A stretch of DNA of 34,481 bases from Chlamydiia bacterium (GTDB lineage: Bacteria > Chlamydiota > Chlamydiia > Chlamydiales > JBMOFD01), in NCBI GenBank assembly GCA_049314435.1, contig JBMOFD010000011.1, positions 1 to 34,481 on the forward strand. The letters are read 5' to 3'. Below are positions 1 through 7,915 of the stretch, in pieces (position 1 is the stretch's first letter; each line of letters starts with the position of its first letter). A program made the translations under genes and the position numbers. The notes beneath the pieces are model-generated. The model was not told the origin of the DNA and searched no databases. It saw only the letters and a program-made list of their open reading frames with translations.

Positions 1-814
1 CTAGATCTGAAAATGTTTGAGAGCGCTGTAGCAATTCCGCCCTGTTCAGACATCCCAGTTTGTTTTTTACGTTGCCCAAATAGAATTCTACGGTACGACT
101 CGAGAGCTGCAGCTGGTCGGCAGACTCTTTGGAGGAGTGTCCTTTGAGGAGGGCTTGGAGGACATCACGCTCGCGGGGCGAGAGAAGAGACGCCTGGGCT
201 ACATCGTGGTGATGGCCAATCGAGGAGAGATAGGCGCTCTGAGCTTGCTTGGTGGCCGTGGGATGGATGGCCTCGGTGGAAAAAAAATCTCCACCCTTCA
301 GGATGGGCAGGAAGCCTGGATCTGCTTCCACCTCCTGCAGAATGGGTCGCATCTGCTGCTTGAAATAGGACCCAAACGCCTTGAGCTGACCGGGTTGGTT
401 GAAGAACGTTCTTTCCCAAACACTTCCCTTGCGACCAGAGAACCCAAAAAATTCAACCGCTTCCTTCTGCTTTTGGATGAGCAGGACGTTGCTGGTGGCG
501 CCAAAGATCTCGGCAACGGGTGCTTCCAGAACCTTCTGATAGGCTGCTGATCCGAAGGATTCCACATAACACATCCCAGAAGTATAGACGTCGGGATGCC
601 TCAGGTAGGGATCGTGGAGATAGATCTGATCGCCCACATAGCGTTCAGCCCAATCGGGACGGTCCACCAGAACGATATACCGGCCGTCCGCTTGGATGCG
701 ATGGTAGGTGAAGTAGTCGACGCCCAGATGCTGACGAATGGGCGCGGTTGCTTTCCTAATGGGATCGGAATGCCGAACAATGTATCTCTCTACGATCTCG
801 TCCCAGCTGGGCAT
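1..814 (-). CDS. LuxR-family transcriptional regulator (autoinducer-binding-like N-terminal domain + C-terminal LuxR HTH); 3' end runs off the window
   Basis: Missing from the ORF track because it has no stop in the window. Manual translation from ATG 814: MPSWDEIVERYIVRHSD...DRPDWAERYVGDQIYLHDPYL...LSPRERDVLQALLKGHSSKESADQLQLSSRTVEFYLGNVKNKLGCLNRAEL, a typical LuxR HTH. Confidence 0.9.
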   Translation of the reverse strand, partial: MPSWDEIVERYIVRHSDPIRKATAPIRQHLGVDYFTYHRIQADGRYIVLVDRPDWAERYVGDQIYLHDPYLRHPDVYTSGMCYVESFGSAAYQKVLEAPVAEIFGATSNVLLIQKQKEAVEFFGFSGRKGSVWERTFFNQPGQLKAFGSYFKQQMRPILQEVEADPGFLPILKGGDFFSTEAIHPTATKQAQSAYLSSIGHHHDVAQASLLSPRERDVLQALLKGHSSKESADQLQLSSRTVEFYLGNVKNKLGCLNRAELLQRSQTFSDL

Positions 815-904
815 AGAACAACCTGGTTGTTACTTTCGAAGGGGAAACGAACGGAGATGATACCACGAGGGAGAAGAAACTTCGCGAGATGGCGAGGAAA
901 GAAA

Positions 905-979
905 TCTGGGTGAGAGGATTTGAACCTCCGACCCCTTGCACCCCATGCAAGTGCGCTAGCCAAGCTGCGCTACACCCAG
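905..979 (-). tRNA. tRNA-Pro(GGG), CCA not encoded
   Basis: Reverse complement CTGGGTGTAGCGCAGCTTGGCTAGCGCACTTGCATGGGGTGCAAGGGGTCGGAGGTTCAAATCCTCTCACCCAGA. Acceptor stem CTGGGTG/CACCCAG, anticodon stem CTTGC/GCAAG with loop AT-GGG-GT, T-loop TTCAAAT. Confidence 0.97.
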
Positions 980-1087
980 ATAGAAATAAGATGGCCACAA
1001 GGTTACGCGCTCTGGAGAATTTAGAGCGAGTCGATCATGCTAACAAACCGACCGGCGGAAGAGGCGATCTCCTCCTAGGAAGAAGAG

Positions 1088-1846
1088 GTGTGGGCTGTGG
1101 CAACTGAACAGGTTCTCTCTAATTTGGCTCAGCGGGTGGCATCGCAGATGCACCCAACTTGGGCTCATGAGTTGTCCGATCTCTTGGAGGCTCCCTGGTT
1201 TCATGAGCTGGCAAGGTGGGTGGCGGAAGAGCGTCAGAGAGCGATGGTCTATCCTCCCCAAGGAGAGGTCTTCACCGCCTTGAAAGAAACGCCCTGGGAC
1301 AAAGTCCGTGTCGTCATTGTCGGACAGGATCCCTATCACGGGGAGCATCAGGCACACGGTCTGAGCTTCAGCGTGTTGCCAGGCGTGAAGATCCCTCCAT
1401 CTCTCAAAAATATCTTCCTTGAGCTCGAGAAGGACTGCGGTATACCTCCCGCTTCGCAGGGGTGTCTTCTGCCTTGGGCTCAGGAGGGTGTGCTGCTGCT
1501 CAACGCAGTGCTTACCGTGCGGGCTGGAGAGCCTGGGAGCCATGCGGGGCGTGGGTGGGAGCGGTTCACGGATGAGATCATGAAGAGGCTTTGGGATCGG
1601 CCTCAGCCAACGGCGTTTCTATTATGGGGCAAGTGGGCGGCACAGAAGCTGGCTTCGGTGGCTCATGGTGAGCAGCATCGGCAGCACCTCGTTTTGCAGG
1701 CTCCACATCCTTCGCCCTTGTCGGCGTATACAGGGTTTTTGGGATGTCGCCATTTTAGCCGAGTGAATGAATGGCTCGATGCTCAAGGAGCGGAGCCCAT
1801 TCATTGGGATGCGCTGCAAGCGTGTGCGGCTAACGAGAAGAGTTAG
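1088..1846 (+). CDS. ung: Uracil-DNA glycosylase family 1 (start may be ATG 1148)
   Basis: Motifs GQDPYH, AHGLSFSV, PPSLKNI, GVLLLN, HPSPLS. Confidence 0.97.
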   Translation: MWAVATEQVLSNLAQRVASQMHPTWAHELSDLLEAPWFHELARWVAEERQRAMVYPPQGEVFTALKETPWDKVRVVIVGQDPYHGEHQAHGLSFSVLPGVKIPPSLKNIFLELEKDCGIPPASQGCLLPWAQEGVLLLNAVLTVRAGEPGSHAGRGWERFTDEIMKRLWDRPQPTAFLLWGKWAAQKLASVAHGEQHRQHLVLQAPHPSPLSAYTGFLGCRHFSRVNEWLDAQGAEPIHWDALQACAANEKS

Positions 1847-2715
1847 TAGCGACCTGGTTTTCTGATGTTTTTTGCATGCTGTTGCTGAATGGCTAAGTCT
1901 GTCTGAATCTCCCGGAACAGAGCTTTGGCTTGATCGTCAAGACCCGCGGGGTCCATTGATGCGAACCCCCGATCGAAGATATCCTCGATCGCTTGGCCTT
2001 TCACGTGAAGATTGTCGGTTTGATGGTGGAATTGGGGGAGTGCTTTCTCATATTTTTTCTCCACCGCCTTCTGCAGTTTCGAGACATCTCGATTGACCTC
2101 TTCTAGCTGCCCTTGCACTTGTGCAAGGTAGGCATCGGTTTTCCGAGTGTCCAGGGGCTGAGCCTGATGAGCCCCGGAGCGCTGGTTAGGTATGTGCCCT
2201 GGTTTTCCCGGTGGGGGTGGGGGGGGTGTATGAGGAGGCTTCGATGGGCCCTTAGAAGGTTTGGAATGGACTTTGTGGGTTGGAAAGTCTAAGGCCAATA
2301 GGGCGTCTTCCTTGGCCCTTTTTTCAGATATTTTGTTGACGTTGGCTTGAATTTTATTGATCTCTTGAGGAGTTCGAGAAGGTTGTTGGTCAATGGCATT
2401 CCAAATATCATCGTCCCCTGTATCCATCATGTCGAGCAGCTCGTCTTCACTCATCTGCTGCTCGGAAGGGCGGAATACCGCCATCATGGCCCGGGCTGCC
2501 TTGGTATCGGCCTGACTCGGGGGAGTTAACGGGACAGGCATCGGATAGGCCGGATTCTGGGCGGCCCCCAAAAAGGTTGTTCCCAGCTGACGAACCATCG
2601 GGATGGCGGTGAGCTCATGAGGGTGGACAGACCTCGATGGTTGATGCGGAGGATGAGCGGCCCCTGGACCTGTGATGCCGGTGGGAGGCAGCCAATTGTT
2701 GTTTCGGTCAGACAT
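1843..2715 (-). CDS. Hypothetical Pro-rich protein with C-terminal coiled coil; candidate secreted effector
   Basis: 290-aa ORF with a disordered Pro/His-rich N-terminus, a PPHTPPPPPPG tract and a heptad-like C-terminus. AT-rich upstream region. Confidence 0.75.
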   Translation of the reverse strand: MSDRNNNWLPPTGITGPGAAHPPHQPSRSVHPHELTAIPMVRQLGTTFLGAAQNPAYPMPVPLTPPSQADTKAARAMMAVFRPSEQQMSEDELLDMMDTGDDDIWNAIDQQPSRTPQEINKIQANVNKISEKRAKEDALLALDFPTHKVHSKPSKGPSKPPHTPPPPPPGKPGHIPNQRSGAHQAQPLDTRKTDAYLAQVQGQLEEVNRDVSKLQKAVEKKYEKALPQFHHQTDNLHVKGQAIEDIFDRGFASMDPAGLDDQAKALFREIQTDLAIQQQHAKNIRKPGRY

Positions 2716-2769
2716 GGGGTCACCTTAGTTTGGGGTGCCGAGCCCATACCGAGGGCTCTTACCCAGCCC

Positions 2770-2798
2770 TGTTATCAATTCAAAATATTGATTGTCAA
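2770..2798 (-). promoter_or_regulatory. Possible sigma66 promoter for the 1843..2715 gene
   Basis: Perfect TTGACA at 2798-2793 on the minus strand in an AT-rich patch; the -10 match (GATAAC/ATAACA) is weak. Confidence 0.35.
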
Positions 2799-2890
2799 TG
2801 GATTGGATCCTTGGCTGGGGTCATGAGGCTCCTCATGGGCTGTCTGGGATGGCAGGCCGCGCGCATCTTAATAAACCATGTACTTTGTTA

Positions 2891-2920
2891 TTGAAACCTT
2901 AATACAATATTCTATAAAAT
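2891..2920 (+). promoter_or_regulatory. Possible sigma66 promoter for the 2952/3307 operon
   Basis: TTGAAA at 2891, then TATAAA (16-nt spacer) or TAAAAT (18-nt spacer). Purine-rich RBS before ATG 2952. Confidence 0.45.
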
Positions 2921-2951
2921 CTATGTAGTTCCAAGAGGAAAGGGGATCTAC

Positions 2952-3326
2952 ATGTTGCAAAGAGCTTTGGCTGAGACCAGGCGCCATGGGCGAGCATTCC
3001 TTCATATGGGTCGCATGCCGGTATGGTTGGACGCCCCCCATGAGGAGAGCGAGATCTGGATGACGATCCCCATCAACGGCATGGAGGGGAAGAGCCCCCA
3101 GCGGGCGGTTGATCGTCTCGTGAGTCAATGCCCCGCCTTAGGGGGTCACCTTCTAACTCAGGGTTCCGCTCTCATGTTGAGAGGGTACCTCCCCAAAAAG
3201 GCCTCGGCTAAAGAGCTACACGAGCTGCTGCAGCGTCTACTTGGGATTGCGCTACGCTGGCAGCGTTGGTGGGAGAAGAGGAATAGCACGAGTGATCGGC
3301 AGGGGGATGAAGATGCAAGCCACTAG
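2952..3326 (+). CDS. Small protein resembling class I type III secretion chaperones (CesT/SycE/YbjN-like)
   Basis: 124 aa with beta-strand-like segments and a C-terminal amphipathic helix ELHELLQRLLGIALRWQRW. It overlaps the downstream kinase start. Family assignment is by pattern only. Confidence 0.45.
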   Translation: MLQRALAETRRHGRAFLHMGRMPVWLDAPHEESEIWMTIPINGMEGKSPQRAVDRLVSQCPALGGHLLTQGSALMLRGYLPKKASAKELHELLQRLLGIALRWQRWWEKRNSTSDRQGDEDASH

Positions 3327-4680
3327 AGCTTATGCGGGCCCCTCGCTCGCACAGTACGCCACCTCGAAAGCCCCCGCTTGGCAGCCGACCTCCGATGTGA
3401 GTTGGAACGCCGCAGCGCGTACCACGGCCACGTGGATCCGGGAGCACCTGCAAGGATTAGGAAGAGACCTGGTGGATGCCGCTCAATCGATGATGAAGAT
3501 GAAGCCACCGGTCTCTATGGAGGGGATCGCCCCCGCCGTGCCGATTCGTATCCACTGGGTGAAAGCACAGATGACACGCGGCTATTCTACCCAGGAAGAG
3601 ATGCCGCGGGATCTGAACATGGCATTGCAGGACAAGGGTTCTTGGGGAGTGTGGTTGGGAGAGCACAATGAGGTGATCATCCTAGGCCAGGCTCTGGGTG
3701 CTGGTTCAGAGAAGGCGGTCTATCATGGCTCCTATCTCTCCTCGCAGGGAATCCAAGCCGAGGGCGCCCTTCTTACCGTGCAGGGCGAGACTCGGGCACA
3801 GGAGCGCATTGCGGCCTTTGTGCGAGAGGTGCGGCTCATGCAGCTCTTGGGGAAGGCGCACGATGGGCTCGTTCCGCGGATTCTGACGCCCCTCTTTTCA
3901 CTGACTCACCTACCCTCCACGGATCGTATCTCGGCCACCTGGGCGGATCGAAGCGAGCTGAAGGTAGGAGCACCCGTCCCGGTGACGGCGGCCACGGAAG
4001 AACGTGATGGACATGCAGGATGCTTGGTTGAACAGGTGACTACCCTTCGTAGCTCGACCAAGGTATCTGGTGGCATCCGCAGCACTCCACGGGAGCAGCA
4101 GGAGGAGTGTTTTCATCGATGGATCGGAGCGGCAGAGTGTCTCGAGCGCTTGCACGAGGCGGGATGGATCCATGGAGACGTGAAGGCTGAGAACATAGGG
4201 CAGCGTGCCGATGGTTCACTCTGTCTATTGGATCTGAGCTTTGCGATGCGGGCAGAGTCTTCTGAGCGCAGAGAAGAACTGTTGCCAAGAGACTACGATA
4301 AGCCCCTAGGTGAGAGTGGATTTATCTCTCCCTATCAGGCTCCAGAAATTCATCCTGCTCTCAGTGTCGACAAGAAGCGTCATCACTGGATGCACGCGCT
4401 CTCCTCCAAGAGCGATGTCTATTCCTTCGCTGTCATGGTGGTGAAGGATTGGCTTGGCAAGAGCATGAAGAATGAGACTCCTCCAGCCATCGTACAGGAA
4501 GAGTGGGAGGCCGAACTGCGCCGTGATGGTCGGATGCCGCGGGCTTGCAAAGAGATCCTGGTCAAAGCGCTCTCAGTCGATCCCAGCCATCGCCCCACCA
4601 TGCAGCAACTGCGAGAGGCTCTTTCCAAGGCGATAGAGCGTGCCGAAGAGACTCGCAAAGAGGGATGTATCCTTCTCTAG
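3307..4680 (+). CDS. Hanks-type Ser/Thr protein kinase with N-terminal extension (start ATG 3307 or 3313)
   Basis: LGAGSEKAVY Gly loop, FVREVRLMQLL alphaC, IHGDVKAEN catalytic loop, DLS (DFG position), YQAPE, SDVYSF, RPTM. Confidence 0.9.
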   Translation: MKMQATRAYAGPSLAQYATSKAPAWQPTSDVSWNAAARTTATWIREHLQGLGRDLVDAAQSMMKMKPPVSMEGIAPAVPIRIHWVKAQMTRGYSTQEEMPRDLNMALQDKGSWGVWLGEHNEVIILGQALGAGSEKAVYHGSYLSSQGIQAEGALLTVQGETRAQERIAAFVREVRLMQLLGKAHDGLVPRILTPLFSLTHLPSTDRISATWADRSELKVGAPVPVTAATEERDGHAGCLVEQVTTLRSSTKVSGGIRSTPREQQEECFHRWIGAAECLERLHEAGWIHGDVKAENIGQRADGSLCLLDLSFAMRAESSERREELLPRDYDKPLGESGFISPYQAPEIHPALSVDKKRHHWMHALSSKSDVYSFAVMVVKDWLGKSMKNETPPAIVQEEWEAELRRDGRMPRACKEILVKALSVDPSHRPTMQQLREALSKAIERAEETRKEGCILL

Positions 4681-4851
4681 GCCGCTCTTTTTTACGTGGG
4701 GCTGGGCCGAGGGTCCGGCCACGGGTGACCTCTCTTGTATAGATCGTTCATTCGCCGTTCGAAAAACCTCCAAATATGCTACGTTCCCTCCGTTCCTCTG
4801 ACGTAATTCCATCGAGTGAGAGGCTCAGCAGCTCTTGGAAAGGATGTCTAA

Positions 4852-6744
4852 ATGGCCTCATCTACTCTCTCATGGTCGCACTGTCGGCAGACTCTTCAAC
4901 AATCGATCGCTCGTTTTCAACGGGTGCGCAAACGACTGACCGATCAGCAGCGTCGTGACGCTGAGGAGCTGATCAGGGCTCTGCAGAGCGCCTGCGATGC
5001 CAAGGATCAGGAGAGAGCCTCTTCATTGGCTCTTCGCTTGGAATCGGAACTGGATCATCTGCTACCAGAGCCTGGATGGCACCGCTGGATACGCTCAGTC
5101 GGTGGACTCATCATCATGCTGGTGGCTCTGGTGGTCGTACGGCAGATGTGGTTTGAGCTCTATGTGATTCCGACGGGATCGATGCGTCCAACCTTCAAGG
5201 AACAGGATCGTCTGGTTGTTTCGAAGACGACCTTTGGGATCAATCCCCCACTAGGCCCTGGGCATCTCTATTGGGATCCAGCTCTGCTGCAGGCGGGCAC
5301 GATCATCGTCTTCACGACGGAAGGTCTCCCCATGCAGGATCATTGGGATCGATTCCTTTGGGTCCTGCCTGTGCGTAGACAGCTCGTCAAGCGCTGCATG
5401 GGCAAGGGCGGCATGACGCTCTACTTCTACGGAGGCCAGGTCTGGGCTCTGGATGAACAGGGGAATCCCACAACATGGCTCAGAGATCCATCCTGGGTCA
5501 AAGAGATCGATTACATGCCTTACATACGCCCGGAGGGCAATATGGTGGGCATGAAGCCGGGCTCATCAGAGGTCGAGATCCAGCAGTGGAACTTGCCCCT
5601 AGCACGGTGGCAGCGCATGACCAATGGATCATGGCAGCCTCAGGTTCATCAGGGCGATCGTTGGATGGAAGAGCAGCCACCGAGTGCGGAGACGGCGTAC
5701 CCAGCAGGGGGGCCGCGCAGCTATGCCGACTTCTGGGGATTCCGTCACCACGCGCTCTGCAGGCTTCGCACCGATAGCGCGTCTCTTCGTCAAGGACCTT
5801 CTGGCACACGCGCTGTGATGGAAGTCCAGCACACCCCTCAGCTGAAGCGATCCAATCAGCGCACGTGGGGACTCTCTGCTGACCTCTACCTTGAATATCA
5901 GCATGCTGCGGTTCCGATTGGAACAGCCCAGTGGGAGAGGCTGAAGCAGGCACTCTATACAGCCCGCCTGGTTGTCCAGCAGGGACGGCTATACCAGTAT
6001 GGCCATGAGGTGGATCAGCATCGACCCACGGCCCACACGCCTTCACTGCCTGGCATTCCAGATGGGATCTATGAGTTCTCTCATGGAGAAGCTTACGAAA
6101 TCGGCTTTGGTGGACTGGCGACGAAACTCGCCAAAGACCACCCGATCTATGGAGATGAGCTTTTCCCTACCCTGTTCAACCTCGGGGTGGAGTGCAATAC
6201 ACTCGTAGGACCTGAAGCTGGATCCAACGGATTGATGCCAAGTCGCTTCATCTATTTCCGTCATGGGGATCTCTACGTGATGGGGCACAAGATCTGGGGG
6301 GCCTCCGATGCCGAACTCACCACGTTCCTGGCTGACCAGAACAGTCGTATGCAGGTGCAGGAATCGCCTCAAGCACCCGGTGCAGCACCGGCCATACGTC
6401 CCCGTGACGGAACCTTCATTCCCTTCAAGGACTATGGGCCTCCTACAGCCGAGCAGATCAAGCAGTTTGGGTATCATGTGCCTGCCGAGCAGGTGATCGC
6501 GCTAGGGGATAATCACGCTCAGAGTGGAGACAGCCGTTACTTTGGCCCTGTCCCTATGAATAACCTGGTAGGCAGTCCTTCGGTTCTGTTGTGGCCCTGG
6601 AGTCAAGATCATCGTATAGGCTCGCTCCCGCAGCCTCCTAGGCCATGGTGTACCCTCCCCAATCTTCTCATCGGCGGTATCGGCATAGCAGGTATCACCA
6701 TCGCTGAAGGATGGAACATCCGTAAGCGACGACGTCGACTCTAA
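4852..6744 (+). CDS. lepB: Signal peptidase I, long chlamydial type
   Basis: TM segment then IPTGSMRPT (catalytic Ser), LVKRC (catalytic Lys) and GDNHAQSGDSRYFGPVP, with a large central insertion. Confidence 0.95.
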   Translation: MASSTLSWSHCRQTLQQSIARFQRVRKRLTDQQRRDAEELIRALQSACDAKDQERASSLALRLESELDHLLPEPGWHRWIRSVGGLIIMLVALVVVRQMWFELYVIPTGSMRPTFKEQDRLVVSKTTFGINPPLGPGHLYWDPALLQAGTIIVFTTEGLPMQDHWDRFLWVLPVRRQLVKRCMGKGGMTLYFYGGQVWALDEQGNPTTWLRDPSWVKEIDYMPYIRPEGNMVGMKPGSSEVEIQQWNLPLARWQRMTNGSWQPQVHQGDRWMEEQPPSAETAYPAGGPRSYADFWGFRHHALCRLRTDSASLRQGPSGTRAVMEVQHTPQLKRSNQRTWGLSADLYLEYQHAAVPIGTAQWERLKQALYTARLVVQQGRLYQYGHEVDQHRPTAHTPSLPGIPDGIYEFSHGEAYEIGFGGLATKLAKDHPIYGDELFPTLFNLGVECNTLVGPEAGSNGLMPSRFIYFRHGDLYVMGHKIWGASDAELTTFLADQNSRMQVQESPQAPGAAPAIRPRDGTFIPFKDYGPPTAEQIKQFGYHVPAEQVIALGDNHAQSGDSRYFGPVPMNNLVGSPSVLLWPWSQDHRIGSLPQPPRPWCTLPNLLIGGIGIAGITIAEGWNIRKRRRRL

Positions 6745-6752
6745 CGATCCCA

Positions 6753-6810
6753 TAGGGGAGGTCCGGAGGGAGCATCCCTCCGGCGGGGGTGTAGGGGGCG
6801 GAGCCCCCTA
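6753..6810. repeat. Dispersed double-hairpin element, copy A
   Basis: GGAGGT-CCGGAGGGA/GCA/TCCCTCCGG-CGGGGGTG-TAGGGGGC/GGA/GCCCCCTA between convergent lepB and hemB; it includes the hemB stop codon. Confidence 0.85.
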
Positions 6811-7800
6811 ACTCACCGCCAAGGCCCTTTCCAGATCCCTCCACATGCCCGAAGCATACGTGACGATGCTGTCAGCGCCGGCTCGACGGATAGCAAGGAG
6901 CTGTTCAGCGAGAACGGCTGTCGCATCAAGCCATCCGCGTTCAGCGGCAGCCATCACCATGGCATACTCCCCGCTCACATGGTATGCGGCGATGGGGAGC
7001 AGAGTCTCCTGCTTGAGTTGCGCGATCACATCGAGGTAGAGGGTGGCTGGTTTGACGAGGAGGATGTCGGCGCCTTCCGCTGCATCGAGCTGCGCCTCAC
7101 GGAGGGCTTCCCGTCGATTGCTAGGAGCCATCTGATAGCCGCGTTTGTCGCCGCGGAGGAGCGTCGACCCAAGTACTTGCCTAAAGGGTCCGTAGAGGCT
7201 GGAAGCGTACTTAGCAGTGTAGGCCATGATGCCACAGTGGCTATGACCATCCAGATCGAGGGCCTCTCGGATGGCGCGGACACGGCCATCCATCATGTCG
7301 GAGGGGGCGACCATGTCGACGCCGGCCTTGGCGTGGAGGAGGGCCATCTTGGCGAGTCGTTCGATAGAGGAGTCGTTATCGACGTCGCCCTTGTCATTGA
7401 GGAGGCCGTCGTGGCCATGATCGGTGAACGGATCGAGGGCGATATCACTCATGATGCAGGCCTCAGGCAGATGATCGCGTAGCGACTGGATGGCTGAAGG
7501 GAGCAAGCCGCATGGGTTGAGAGCCTCTGAACCAAAGGGATCTTTGAGGGAGGGGTTGATGGAGGCGAAGAGCAAGAAGGAGCGAATCCCGAGGCTCCAC
7601 TGTCGTGAGGCTTCGAGGAGGAGCTGGTCCACTGAGAGGCGCGCAATGCCGGGAAGGGAAGCGAGCGGCTCAATCCGCTGATGACCTGCAGTGACAAAAA
7701 GGGGGGCGATCAGTTGCTGAGCGGTGAGATGGGTTTCACGGACGAGCTCTCGAAGAGAAGCTGTTCGCCGACTACGTCTAGGGCGTTGGAGGATTTGCAT
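6808..7800 (-). CDS. hemB: Porphobilinogen synthase (ALA dehydratase), Asp-rich metal-site type
   Basis: RPRR N-terminus, DIALDPFTDHGHDG, APSDMMDGR, YTAKYAS, LLVKP, AYHVSGEY. Likely start ATG 7800. Confidence 0.97.
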   Translation of the reverse strand: MQILQRPRRSRRTASLRELVRETHLTAQQLIAPLFVTAGHQRIEPLASLPGIARLSVDQLLLEASRQWSLGIRSFLLFASINPSLKDPFGSEALNPCGLLPSAIQSLRDHLPEACIMSDIALDPFTDHGHDGLLNDKGDVDNDSSIERLAKMALLHAKAGVDMVAPSDMMDGRVRAIREALDLDGHSHCGIMAYTAKYASSLYGPFRQVLGSTLLRGDKRGYQMAPSNRREALREAQLDAAEGADILLVKPATLYLDVIAQLKQETLLPIAAYHVSGEYAMVMAAAERGWLDATAVLAEQLLAIRRAGADSIVTYASGMWRDLERALAVS

Positions 7801-7915
7801 ATCGAAGGCCTCGCAGGAGATGCCTCGCAATCTTTTGCTAGATCGGCAATGATTTCCAGTTGCTCGGAGCCTGCGACTGTGGCAGGCTCACTCTTAGCGC
7901 AGCACGGTCCTCGCC

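Noticed and set aside
756..1107. ORFs spanning the tRNA-Pro, and tRNA as an integration site
   Set aside because: The ORFs are tRNA shadows; no integrase or duplicated tRNA 3' end is seen in the window.
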